This document shows positions 25,114 to 40,962 of a stretch of DNA of 64,000 nt, piece by piece. The stretch covers positions 2,914,001-2,978,000 of the forward strand of contig OY986948.1 in the NCBI GenBank assembly GCA_963920595.1, read 5' to 3'. Each line of letters starts with the position of its first letter. Within the stretch, counting starts at the first letter, position 1. A model generated the notes under the pieces. That model saw only the letters and a list, made by a program, of their open reading frames with translations. It had not been told where the DNA came from and ran no database searches. The DNA comes from Eimeria praecox. Taxonomy: Eukaryota. Both the position numbers and the translations under genes were made by a program.

Positions 25114-28100
25114 ATGAGACCTAAAAGAAAAAAGCGGAGCCTGTCGGAGGCTGAAAAAGAAGCCAGGAAACAGGCAGAAGAGCGAAGAGCCTATAGATTT
25201 CAGGGCGGAAGGCGCAGTATGACTGACGGCGTATCGTCATCTGAAGATGAATGGGAACGGCCAAAGGCTCCTAGAGGCCCTTATGGCTCGGACGTTTGGA
25301 ACGTTTCATCGTTAAGCGACTCCTACTCGAAGCCTCAAGAAACAAACATGACCCACCACACAATGGAACAACCGCCTTCGCCTCGAGAGCCGTATTCCGC
25401 AGCATATCAGTCAGCACTTGATAAGGTTTATGAGTTTGAACCCTCGGATGACGAGGATGAGGTAAATGAGCCGAGCAGTGAATCAGCAGATACCTCAGCT
25501 CAGCAGCAAAGTGCCTCCTCCCTTGCCTCTGCAGGGACAAGCACTCAAAGCGTTGAACGCTCACCATTGAGGCAACCGCAGGTGTCAGGCACCAATCAGC
25601 AGTCGAATGAAAACCGCCAAACAACCACTGTATCAGTTCATAACCTTCCTGCACCCCATCCTGCATCACATAATATTGGAGTTCACACACCTAGCCCTCC
25701 CGTTTCCCCATATGGAAACAACGGCGCAGTGGCTGAAGGCGGCAGTGCTGATGTCATATCAGACGCGGCTTCTGACAGCTCACAGGGCAGCGAAAGCACG
25801 CATTCAATGCATAGCGACCTTTCAAGCAGGTCAAGTAGTGCTTCGCAACAGCATGGACACAAAGGGCAGGAAGGGCAGAAAGGGCAGAAGGAGGGTTCGT
25901 TATCTGATCTTGTTAGTAAGGGCGTAGGCAGCGGTGAGTCTTGCCCTTGCTTGAGCCGGAATCTTTTAACCTGAGAAGGCCGCCTGGGCTAGAGGATAGG
26001 CAAAGTTAATCTGACGCTGCCTTTGGGAGCGCCAGTGTCTACTCTATCGGAGTCTATATGGTGTGCTACTGTTGCATTGTGACCTTGTTTAGAATTGCTG
26101 GACTGCATTGAGCTGCCTCTTGGCTACCAAGAACTTGATTCGAAAGTGGACGCTTTCTGCGTCCTTATCAGAAAGAAGGGAATCGTGTACCCAAACCATC
26201 CTAGCCAAGTGGCCTGCCGAAAAACAGCCAAGCACGTTATCACCGAGATTCGCCGTGTCTACGCAGATTGCAAGGAAGGCATTTACAGTCAGCGCTCCCT
26301 CCAACGCCCTTCACATAGCTGTTACCATTCCTTTAAGTGTCATGAATTATTGAGAAGGACCAGTTTGCCGCTCTCTATGAATAATCAGGGAGGGACACAA
26401 CATAGTTTCACTGCAGGGTTAGTTGCTTGGCGAGGGGGCCTCAACTGTAATGCTTTAGGAGTGCCAGTCAAGCCTTTGTCCGTATGGCGCTTCTGCTGTT
26501 GTTTTCTCCACTTGTCAGTATTGTTAGCTTCCCTCTTGTTTGCAGAATGCCTCACAAAGTTGTGGCTCACGCCCGTTATGCCCGGGATTACCAAGATTAG
26601 GAGCCTGATGGGAAGTAAGTTCTCCATCTGCGTGGCTTTGGATCAGCCGCTGCATCAGATTCAACGCCGAACGTTTTCACATTAAACTGGGAAACATATA
26701 GGTGCAAATTGCGTGTTAGAAGGCGGAGAACATACGTAAATGCAAACCCCAGCTTCGACTGGGTTTCGGTGTTTATTCTGCTAGACTAGACACCATACCA
26801 GCACAACTCTTTGTCTTTCCGCGCAGTTCCGCAGATGGCCGACTCCAGTGTGCTTGGGCAATATATACGTGATGCAATAGACTCACCTCAGCTTATGCGA
26901 GTATGGAGACACCCCGGAGTGGAGACGAATTCCTGCATATTTGGACACCAATTCGAAACACTCGCCGAGATAACGGACTTGGAGACTTCTTCACGCGTTC
27001 CTCCTGATGAGGCAGACAGACGGAATAGAATTGTGAGCTGCCATACGCACTATGTAAAGCAATGGGTACTCTGCTTTCCCAGCACTCTTCAGACGGCTTC
27101 AGCAGCAGGTACAGGAAATACATATTGGATCTTACACTAGAAGCCATGCCTATTCAAAAAGTCCTGATAGCAGGCGAGAGAGAATTGATGTAGTCTGTGC
27201 ATGTGCTAATCTTCCCGTGCTACTGTGGGATGTATTGCCGCAGTTGAAAAGCCTGCGATTCTTGCTGCTTCTGTTACAACGACAAATGGTAGACTCGGCC
27301 ATGTTAGGATTCCTAATCAGCCTATTCGGCACGGACAAATGCAAGTCGAACTTTAAGAAGAACCCGAAGTATACGACACCTGAAGGCTCCACCATTGACG
27401 CAAAAGGGCTTTTCCAGGCTTTGCTGGCAGACGCTGTAGCAAGCGCGTTTACTCTTGATCTACAAAGATGCAAGACACAAGAGGCCCTGGAAATCGGCAC
27501 TAAAGCGAACGTTGTTTGTGCACACTTGATCCAAGAAGCGAAAGTGCGTGCTACTCTCAAACCTATTCTCAAACTCGTAGCAGACGACGACCTGGAGGGG
27601 GCTAAACGTAAGGCAGAAAATTTTGCCCAGGACTTACAAAGCGCAAGAGAGGAATGGGAGGAGATGGAAGTCACGCAGGCAACCGCGAGAATACACGCTG
27701 CGCTGTCCGTCTCCTTGAGTAAGTTTCTCGCAAATTTCACCACAGTTTGTGGCCGCTGGTACTCTTGAAGGCATGGCTTCTGGAAAATACCTCTTTACAG
27801 AGACACAGTTACGACCTATTCCAGCCGTAGGCCAGATCAAATGGCAAGCGTAACACTAGTCCAAGGGTCAGCTTTGAGCCCGCGTGCCGTGTGTACTCTG
27901 GTTCGCAGGTTTTACCCTCTCATCGTGGAAGGGGAGGCTTGCGTCTTGGGTCGCCAGCCAGACGCCGCTAGCAGCATTGCTTCGCAAAGCGCTGGGGGAA
28001 TTGACTTCTCTTATCTTCGAGGATAACGTAGAAGCAGCGAGGTTCGGTTTGCAGGTGAAGAGTGTAGAGGACAACCCAACGGTTACCGGTGGCGCATTGG

Positions 28101-28768
28101 TGAAGTACGCCCAAGTGCAGGTAATGCGTTCAGCGGTAGAAGCTCGACTCTTCTGTCAAACAGGACTTAAAGGGCTTGGAAAGACACTGGGCAGAGCACT
28201 GAAAACAGTCACGCACAGCCTCGCGCGTGCAGAGATGAACCAAAACAGGGGGCAAAGCAATAGGGTACCCGGCCCATCGTCCCCTGAAAGTTTCGCTGAG
28301 ACATCGTCTTCAATGAGCTTCGTAAAAGGTCTTTATCGATATCCAATCAATCTGCTGAACGCCACAGCACAGACTTCTTCCCCTTCCTTCCTGTCCACGT
28401 CATTCCTCAAGAAGAAACGCCGTCCCGCAGGTTCAGTTATGGCGTTGGTCGGCTCCGCGTCGGGTATGAAGCTGAAAAAGGCTCTGAAGAAACTTGAGTT
28501 CCGGGGAAAGCGTGTCTTTGCAGACGGCGCATTTCTTCGGCGGAAATGGTGGAGCGTCATAGGGGGGATTGTGAGTAGGCTAAGGACGAAGGAGAAAGCG
28601 GCCCTCCCGCTTGCCATTCTGCTGTCGATTCATTTCTTCGTTATCAGCCTTTCCTTTGCTGCTGTTGCGACCATGGCAACTCAAGCGGCTGGGGCCTTCT
28701 GCGTCCTCGTGGTGGTGCTCATGATGCTGGATCTCCTGCAACTGGATGCCTCACTCAACCTTACCTAG
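25114..28768 (+). CDS. Putative secretory/membrane protein with C-terminal hydrophobic helices (5' end unresolved)
   Basis: In-frame exons 25114-25933, 26093-26287, 26546-26614, 26827-27065, 27244-27718, 27909-28768. Ser-rich N-terminal part, Cys-containing helical core, basic stretch, then LPLAILLSIHFFVISLSF...AFCVLVVVLMML. A hydrophobic upstream exon candidate (~24761-24915) could not be joined in frame. Confidence 0.65.
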
Positions 28769-29099
28769 ATAAGCAGTTACCTTAGACAATATCGTTAGTT
28801 CACAGCGCCGCTGGGCATTTTCATGCCTTAGCAGACCTTCATGCCCAAGCCTCAAACTGCCATTCCAAGATATTTGGGTCTCTTAACTAAGCAGCATGCA
28901 CGGCGGGAGAGGCTACTCACGTGTGTCGCTAAGCAGATAAGGGTCTGTGTTTGTCACGCCAGACACAGAGATGAAGGCGCTTATTCCTCATTATATGAAG
29001 TAAGGGCCAGATATTGCATACTGATTGGTTTTTTTCGCAACCAATATAACAACTGCCTTTAGAGAATGTGCGTAGCTTAGGGTGAGGAACAATCTCGGT

Positions 29100-29900
29100 C
29101 CCGCGCGTGGCCAGTCGGGGCCTCTTGCCTGGCACCCCCTCATGAAGCGGTGCCAGTGCGGCAATTGACCCGAAAGTGAAGTTCAACCCAAAGCAGGCCT
29201 AATGTGCTTGGTTTTATGAGTGATACGGGAAGGCACTCGGTGCTGTATGTGAAGCAGGCGGCAGGCTTGAGGCAACGACGCCAATTGGTGCTAGGAGGGG
29301 CTGCCGAGACAAAAACCCCTTGCCGAATGGTGTGGAGACGATGAAGGCCGACTGCGATGATAAGCTGTCTGTCTACAACGAATTCGCGGTCTAAAGATAG
29401 GCGAACATAGGACCGAAGATGGAGGAACAAGTTCCTGATTCTAAGCTGAAGTCAGCAAGCATGTGATAAGCCTGGTCCCAAGCTGCAAAAGCCAAGAAGT
29501 TGCCTGACATACTCGTAGTCACAAGAAAAAGCTGGTGACTATGTTCTTAATCTTGGGTCAAAGCTCGCGAGCTGTTGCCGGATCCGCCGCGGTAAAAAGG
29601 CGGTGACGTGCCGGAGGCTAGTCGGAAAACTCGCAATAAGCGCGTTGCCAGCCCATGCCTGTCAAATGCAAAATGAGGATCTGCTCAGGAAGGCCTTCTA
29701 GTGAGCAGAAAGCCACTGCCACCCAGTAAAGGGACACGCTTGCCAGCCTCGGCGTCGGTTCCATGCGGAACGTATGCAGGAAAAGAAGCAATACATCCGC
29801 TTCTGTCTTCACAGAAAAAAACACAACCATCGACGGCACGCTCCTTTAAGCCCAACCCTTCCCCAGAAGTAACAGCCTACGGGGCTGATCTGCAATGCCG
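29100..29900 (-). mobile_element. Decayed retrotransposon integrase relic
   Basis: LEGLPEQILI (cf. LHGxPxxIVSD) followed by NWRRCLKPAACFTYST (cf. DWxxxLxxAEFAYN) on the minus strand, broken by stops. Confidence 0.4.
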
Positions 29901-30290
29901 ATGCTGCTTTTGGCTTCTCACATACAGCAGCTGCTGCTGCGATCTGTCACCATTCGCAGCTACCATGTGCAGCAGAAAACCACTAGCAGCCTGACAGTAA
30001 TCCTATGGCAGAACTTGCGGAGCCCTCTAAAGAAACTTTAGCATCACAGAAGATACCCATTGGCAAATCCTTCTGCACAATTGGCGAAATTGTATCTAAG
30101 GGCTTCGGATGTTTGCTGTCCACTTAGCCCTGATCCACCATACGGTTTGATGCCTATGCACTAGAGAAGCACTGCAGCCGATGAAGCTTCTGCAGCTGCG
30201 TCAAGCGCAAACTTGCAAGGATGCATGCAATACATCAACCCAACTGCTATCATTAGAAACAATTTACTGCTGCTGCAGCTTCCCCTGCTC

Positions 30291-31580
30291 TTACCATTCC
30301 CCGCTCCAGGCATCATACTCTATTAGCTGCTCTGTTGCAGCTCCACGGAGCGCAGAATCACCTCGGGAGTCCTTCCCACCTCGCCTTAACTGAATCAAAC
30401 TCCTCCTGGCTCTGTTCTGCCTGCAGAATGGATCTCTGCTCAGGCAGTGACCCTGCCTAACAACATTACCGTTCGATCGGAGGGGCGAAACGGACGCCTC
30501 GGCGGCTGCACCCTCCCCTGTCCCTTTAGTATCTTCTTTTCTATCGCCTTCTGTCTTTCTCAAAGTTGCCGAATTCCTTTGACTGTCTCTGTGGGCCTTC
30601 CATACAAGCGACGTTCCAAGGGAACCGGCAGCAAGAGCCACCATGAAACTGCCAACTACGAGGTTCCCCGACAAAACAGAAGCGACCCCCACTCCCACCT
30701 TCACAGTTGACCAAGCGCAGCCCAACTGAAAAACCACACATACAGCAGAGATAAGCCATCTGAAGAGAGTTTCAATGCTGTAGGCAGAAAACACGCAAGC
30801 TTTGCCTGGTATCCGTCCAAGCTCCCATAGCGTAGGAGATTAATAATATGGTGAACCAAAACACTTCAACCCACCCTACGAACTTGCTTGCGTCTAAGTG
30901 CAGTTTAAAGACCCACTATTTCCCCCGTGGACTCCCCCAAGGCTTGACTTGCGAAAATTTCACGGGTGCGTATCTATCATTATGAAGTGGCCAGCTCTGC
31001 TCACCTCCGGACCACTCAGCTGGACGATCTCGTTGACGTGATGCTGCAGCTCGGCAAAAGATTTGGCAGACGTAACGCCAAAAGAGTGCTTGGCAAGCTC
31101 GCGGCTCACCGCCTGCATGTCCTCTGTAACTGTTCCTTTGACTTCCTTGATGCAATCAAAGAATTCCTTTAGAGTGTCGCCGAGCTCATCATGCTGGTTC
31201 GCCTCTGTCTGGCGTTCCTGCACGGAGAAGACGTCTTGCTGTTCAGCGCAAAAATCGTGAACCTGGGGAAAACCAAACAGATCTTCATGGTCTGCTTCTT
31301 TGCTGGACTCCTCAGCCCATACATCTCTGTCCGTTTCACTTGAGGCCTCGTGGCGCTTTTCCCCTGTAAAGTACCCAGGCACCGCAGTTACTGATGCTCT
31401 GTCCTTAGTTGTTGTCGAGCCTTCTCCTGTGTGACGAGCAATGCTAAGACAGCGGCCAAGCTCCCCTCGCTTTCGACTTCTACACAGCTTCGAGATTCTT
31501 TTCATTTTGGTGCTGCCGTCTTCGGTTGCGCGGGGAGGCACAGAGTCCGGTGCAGCAGCTCCTCTACCCCCGAATACCAT
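30291..31580 (-). CDS. Hypothetical protein, ~336 aa, with the same hydrophobic hairpin domain as 18825-21325
   Basis: Exons 31580-31005 and 30725-30291 (3' end tentative). Junction reads HVNEIVQLSGPE|LGCAWSTVKVGVGVASVLSGNLVVGSFMVALAAGSLGTSLVW, with the same intron position and phase as the paralog. Confidence 0.75.
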
Positions 31581-33553
31581 CTCGTATGCTAAATCTTGTT
31601 AATAATTTGAGTTGGTATTACGTCAAAATCCGCTGCGCGCCTAACAACGGCAAATAAAGCCACTGATGGCCTGCACAGCCCTTTCTAGGTCAGTTCATTG
31701 TTTAGGTAAGCTGGCTTTCCCCAGTCAGTTCCTCTGACGGAAGCATTCAGCTTTATTGAGTGCATGGAGAGACATTCAGCAGCCCTAGGGAAGTACAACC
31801 CTTGAAAAATGCCGTCGAAGATTTCGCATCGCGCGCCGTATTGCTGGCCAGGACTGGCAGCTTGTGTTGCCCTCTACAGATCAGCTCGGTGTTCAATGGT
31901 TTCCCATAAGCTTTAAATTGACACTTCATAGTCCGCAATTTCTATGTTCAAGTGCAGAAACCCTTGAATGTTATCTCGATGAACCGCGCCTACCTCCTTA
32001 TGTCTCGGGTTAAGCACAACACACTGCGAATCCTCCTTCCCCTTCAAAAAGCTCTTTCTCTTACTTCAAATAACACTCACGAACATACCTGAAAACATTC
32101 TGAGTTGTCAACGCTGCGGAAAGAAGAAGAAGGCGCGGGGCTGCAGCCTCTGACCGTTGTTGCTCCAGCTCCTTTGGGTTTAAAGACCAAGATGGGTTGT
32201 GTGTGCGTGTAGCGGCTTGGAAGGAGATGAAGCTGCACTCTAAAAATTGAATTGTTGATGTTTATTGAGCTACAAACTCACTAGTTAGGCAGCATCCAAG
32301 TATCATCTTCGACTGCATGCTATGGAACTTGCGGAGGGGCTGTCCACTGTCGATGACGTACTAGCAGAGCGGTGTCATCGCGGATACAGAAGCGCCTTTA
32401 AAATGAGGAAGTGGTGCTCTTGTTAATATTTCATGTGCAAAACACAATTATTTACACCATATGTACTTCTTTTAAAGGGGCACTGTGCCGCGCAAGATCT
32501 GTCCTACAAACCTGCGGGAGTAACTGTCACTCTATTGGTCGAGAGCATCGTTAGTTGTTAGTTTGCTTGCTGAAATACTTTTTCTGTGATACATATGTTT
32601 ATTCTTTGGGCAAAATGCTACCAAAATATGCGAAATAAGCAGCACGCAGTGGCACTCAGCAGCAGCAGTAGCAAAGGCAGGCCGGCGTTCGACTCAACGA
32701 GGGGAGCTCATAGGCCTTTGTCGCGTGGTGATCGGTAGCAACCCAATTGCCACAATGAAACGGTTTTATGGGGTTATTTGTGGCATTGTTAGCGCAACGC
32801 ATACACTGGGCTCTTGCTTGACTCATAAGGCTTCGGCACCGCCGACTGTTCTGGTGAGTTTTAAAATAGGTAGGGTACCCACGTTCTCTCGACAGTAGGG
32901 ACTACACAAGGTTTCGTTCGGCTGTCACGCCCCCATGGCTTCTTGGGTTTTGCCTTACAGACCGTTTGTCACGCCTACCAGCACCGTTGCGTGTACAAAC
33001 AATAGCGCAATCTTCTGTAAGGGGCTTCCTCGGCTGTTAATTCTCTTCTCTATTGCTAGCACATATGAAGGCTGATGGCAGCCTTGTTTTAGAAATAAAG
33101 AGTAGCGACCCGATAGCGACAACATGGAGCCGCACAGAAGCACAAAATCTAGCCTGTCCGCTTCTTACGTGCTACCCTCCTCGGGAGGCTGGATTTCGTG
33201 TTTTTGCGCAATTGCACGCTGAGTGAACAGGCCACCATATCTGAATCCTATTTCTTTCAGTCAGCAACTATTTTTTGTAACCGCTGACAAGAAAAATACC
33301 GGGAGCCGGCGTATAGAGTTGAATTAGGAATATCTATCCGCCCATGACTTCTGAAGAGAAGAAATCTGCTACGCAATTGTTCAGTTTCACCAATCTAGAG
33401 GGAATACGTACATGCACAGCGGCACATTCAATTCAGAGTCACGTTTTTGTTTCTTATGGCCACCTCATGGGCGTGCCTCCTATGAGATGGCGATTAAATT
33501 TGAACCCGGTCGGCTCCCTTACAATGCTGCTGCTGCCCTGGTGGAGGGGTTCT

Positions 33554-36558
<3,005 letters not shown>

Positions 36559-36799
36559 TCTCCCTGAAATTTCGAAACCTAGACAGGCAGCGCTTGCTTC
36601 GGCCGATAACACCTTTACTTTTTCACTTATTAATTTATCTGCGTCATCAACTCGTGAAAGTAGGCAAAAGAATCCCCTCTGAGGAGAACGGCTCGGTCAG
36701 ACAGACCGTTTTGCAGGCCAGTGGCTATGGCGGATGGTTGTCTTGGAAGCATGCAAAAACGCAACCATGAGTTAACAAGCTGTGCCTCTATAAACTTAA

Positions 36800-39700
36800 A
36801 ATGCATTAATACTTGGTTTTTGTGTATGATTTGGCGTTTTCACGGGTTAGTGGGGGCCATTCAACTGAGTTTCATGGTTTATCCTCCCCGACGACCGCCT
36901 CCTACCCGAGCTATCCTGTTAGTTGCCGCCAGTGCAGCTGATATCGCAATATCGGCAATCCCATCTAAATTGGTTAGACTCAAAATACTTGCTGGCACTC
37001 CTAGGAATTTTCTTCCACAGCAACTATCTGTTGGCACGCTGAGGTTGGTCGAGTGGGTCGTGGCATGCCCGCGGCGCGGAATTAGGTTGGTGGCGTTGTT
37101 GACACACAAGTAGAAGGGCTCTGCGAATAGTTGCATACTGGTATATTTGCTGCATATAAAAGCATCACGCGGGGCATTGGGCCAACTGGGAAGTACTGCC
37201 TGCACTGGTGGCCTAGCCGGCAGGAAGCCTATGAGTTGTTTTGTCTTTCACGGTTCATTTCTGCTGCCAGCCTCAGCTGATGAGCATAATGCCCACGTTA
37301 ACAGTGGCAATTAAGGAAGAAATTTGCTTCAATGCCAGCTTCAATCGCCTGCAGGAATCCGTTCGGCTGCTTCTAGAGCTGAAAGAGTCCGTCTCGTGAG
37401 GACTACCGGCTGAAGTTCTGTGCTTCTATCGGTATCCATGTCTTTATACCTTTGTATGAGCCATTACATATTCATACCGTTGATAGCATCATACATTTAA
37501 TGAATTGGATGGGGACCCAACCTACGGGACAAAAAGCAAAGGCTACTCCTTCCCAATACCCAAAGCGCCAGTGCCAAATTTTGCAAGCTATTCGCTCCCA
37601 AACTAGAGGCCAACTGGATTATACCTTATTTTCTATCTGGGCTTGTTGGTAATGTTGGAGTTAAGGCTTGTTGTGGCGGCCGTGTGATCCTACGTCGTAT
37701 TTTTGTGTTATTGAGTGATTCAGACTGTATTTTGTCCACGCTTCAGTGTGTCAGGCTCTACAAGGCCTGAAGGCTAGAGTCTCAACAGTGAAGCACACGG
37801 CTGGATACCCTGAGACTCTGATGCTCTAGGCAGGTAACTACAATCTGCTTTCAACTGAGGTTCTCTCACATGTTGCAGCATTTATGCAGTTTTGCTTTTG
37901 AAAGGAACATGAGCGTTGCAAGTAGGGTAGCTTTGTATGCTTTTATTATTCGCCAGAAACTCCCCCACACTGGTTTCGGACTCAGCCTCAAGTGGAAGGT
38001 GATTGCTTACTTCTAGTTTTAGGGTGAAACAAGTAGAATGCAGACTCGCAAAGCTTCCCATTCTTGCTCTCAGTATTGGGAATACTATTCCAATACTTAG
38101 AGCAAGCATTTGCTTTTTGTTCCGTAGGCTGGGATTTCAGCCAGTCCATTAAATGGATGATGACATCAACCGTGTGAATATACCCAGCATATATACCCAG
38201 CTGTAATTTGTGTGAGCTTGCTGAGCTAACAACCCTTATTCTTGCGCGAGCGCGTTTTCCAGACGCGACGAAAATAAATGTATGTTAGCAACCAAAGCAC
38301 TCAACGCGAAGGACAAAGCTGTCAGCTTACAGCTTCTTGTGATGTAAGCTCAACCAAAGGAGGGTGCTAGTTGCAGGCTAGATGGGCAGCAGCTGTCATT
38401 ACGACTTCACCAACTGGAGCCCGGGGAACCGTGCGATCGACCACGCAGTTTGTCGATCAGGTAGCTTTCGCTTCACTGTGATCTTATTGTGGAGCTTAAC
38501 GTTAACGCCCGTGCGCCACCTTCCTCGCTGCCCCCCTCATGCCGTTCTTCTTCGCAAACGCCAGATTATTTTCAAAAGCGTGAGTTGATAGTTGAGCTTC
38601 GCCTTTTCTTAGCATCACATCGTCTTGCTGCTCGATTGTCTTGTATAGATGCGGGAATCACGGCATATCAGGACGTACCTTGGGCCTGGGCTGGAAATGA
38701 GTTCGATGCGCTGCATCGGGCGTTCACCGGGTTCCCTAGTCGCTGTAAGCTGCGTTTTATTTAGTACTGCTGAGAATTCCTCCTTCGAATTTACTCATTT
38801 CGGTTGTTCCCAGGGTGCTCACTAGGTAGGATCACCCCAAAATGCAGTCTCCATCATAGCATCGAGACGGAGCGTATACATTCTTTCACGGTTTTCAGCA
38901 GCACGTTTGTACTGCTTGTGCAGCCTTGAAGTCTCCCCGCACTTTACTCTTGAAAGACGGATTCCACTCCTCAGACAAAAAGGAATGATAACGCTGTTAG
39001 GCTCGCTGAAAAGATCACCTTCTCATTATTACCCCCCTCAAGGACCTCGAACGTGCCTGCTGAACGCAGGGCGCGCACCCTTCACTGGGCTACATCACTA
39101 GGATTACGTAAAGGAGAACGTAATCCTAGTGATGTAGTTCCAGCTTTGAAGTCTCGTACCAGGGCAGTGTGTCCCATTTCTGCAGTGAGCCTCCACTGTA
39201 CGCTCATAGCTCTACAGAGCCTCTTGTCCCGTCTGCCGTCGGCGAATCGTACTCACAAGTGGCGGATCAACATCAACACAGCAGCCTGCGTCCAGGAATG
39301 CCGACAAGTCTTGAATATTAATACGAGCCTGGATAAGCAGAGAGCTGGCTTGAGGTGGGCCTACAGATGGGAGAGTCACCTCCTTCCGTCCCACCGCCTC
39401 ATCTGGCGCTGCGTAGTGGCTGGCAGCAGTGTTTCCCTGGTCGCTGTGTTGCTTCTTCTGTCTTTCCCACTCGACGTCTCGATCCTCCAGTTAGCTAGTT
39501 CTTTTCATGCATCCGTAATGACGAATTTCTACTACTGCTGCAGCAAATAAATAACCCTCTTTGCTGCAGCAATGGTAGGAGGTGAGTCGCTCTACGCTCC
39601 CCAGGATTTCTCATTACAGGTTTCCCTGGCTGCTTCTGCTCCTCGTTTCTCTCCTTTTTCTCTATTGGGTTGCCAATCGTAAATCCAATGCCGGCACATT

Positions 39701-39800
39701 ACGCCAGGGACACTTTCGAGGCATTCGCCTTCCTACTCCCCTAAGGCAGCGGAAACGTTTTATGCGTAAGCATTGCATAGTCTCGACGAGTTCTACTCTT
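36800..39800 (-). mobile_element. Decayed Ty3/gypsy pol relic, the most legible one in the window (protease-RT-RNase H-integrase)
   Basis: Protease LLIQARINIQDLSAFLDAG (~39290-39345). RT QRIELI...IEQQDDVMLRKGEAQLSTHAFENNLAFAKKNG...WRTGVNVKLHNKITVK (~38720-38475), CKLTALSFALS (cf. YxVMPFGL), IVFPILRAR. RNase H FTVETLA (~37785). Integrase-like LCV...CHDP (~37110-37055). Many stops and frameshifts; LTRs not found. Confidence 0.65.
39090..39137. repeat. Perfect 20-bp inverted repeat with 8-nt loop
   Basis: CTACATCACTAGGATTACGT-AAAGGAGA-ACGTAATCCTAGTGATGTAG. Confidence 0.95.
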
Positions 39801-40962
39801 TGTTTCCTTAGGTCCCTCGTTGTGTGCATCCCTCGTAGAAACCGTTCTACTAAGAATACAGAAAGCCTGATCTCACCTTTGCGCTTTTTTGCTCACAAAG
39901 GACTGATGACGCTCGACTCGTCTCTGTATCCCTAGCTTCCTATGCTTAAGGTTTTTTAATTCTGCCATAGCTTGCGTTAACTTGCTAGTACAGTACAGTA
40001 CAGTACACCGTAAGGAATCTGCCGAGTTTCCCGATGCGCAGAGGAGCTTCGCAAAGGTAGAACGTTTGTGTCGGTGTGTATCTTTCGTAAGCGCCTTCAT
40101 GTACAATCAGTATCATGCCCCAGGCCGCCCACTTGTCGGGGTCGATTTCATCTTTTATATCTGCCCCATTTTAGCCATACTGTTTAAATACATTAAATGG
40201 GATTGCCTACTTTTATGAAACAGCCGCTGTAAACTGCAATAAAATCACAGTACTAGAAACAATACTAGCCGTAAATCAACGCATCCACATCTCTCCAGGC
40301 TTTCCACGCACAGGTATAAAAAGGACTGGGGCTGCCAAGTGGAGGGCTACCATGAATGGGAGCATATCTTGCAGCAATTGTTCTTACAAGACAACCCCAC
40401 ATGCAAGGTTACTGGATCCCGCATTTTTTGATGTAGACCATTCTACTGTAATCGTAAAACCCTTCTTATCCATGAGTATCCAACTTGCATGCAATAATAA
40501 GAACATGTATAAACTTCACACAGATTATGTTATTACTTGTCTAACATGGTTTGTTCTAAGTTTTAATCCTACGACAGGTAGGTGTGTGTGTGTGTAGTTG
40601 TATGGGGTGTATTGATGGCGTGGGGTTATTTTTATGATTTTAGGGTTATAAAGGAGATAAATTTGATAAGAATGTATGTTAGAAAAGAATTAAAGAATAT
40701 TTATTTGTTTATTTGCATGCATAACAGCTTCTTCAAGGTCTGTAGCAGCCCCACGCTACCGTGATTTAGCGCGGGGCTTGCAATCTGCGGTGCAATAATC
40801 TCCAGTGCAACAAGAGCGAGTAAGCGTGGGTTCTTCTTCGTTTGTTTGGGGTGTATATACACTTAAGAATTTGTATTTTCAAATACCGGTAGCGGTATCT
40901 CGAGCGGGTGGCTCCGCAGAAACATATAAATAAAACATTTAAGCCTCTCCTGCTCTGAGAAG

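Noticed and set aside
27719..27908. Premature stop (TGA 27766) or frameshift in the membrane-protein gene
   Set aside because: A GTAAGT donor at 27719 and a CAG acceptor at 27908 remove it with the frame preserved.
20891..30725. Both paralogs' second exons are 435 nt
   Set aside because: Sequences after the shared domain do not align and one 3' end is tentative, so this is probably coincidence.
31700..33300. Further integrase relic
   Set aside because: Only a faint resemblance (KPLNTEL...RATQAASPGQQ); too weak to call without an HMM search.
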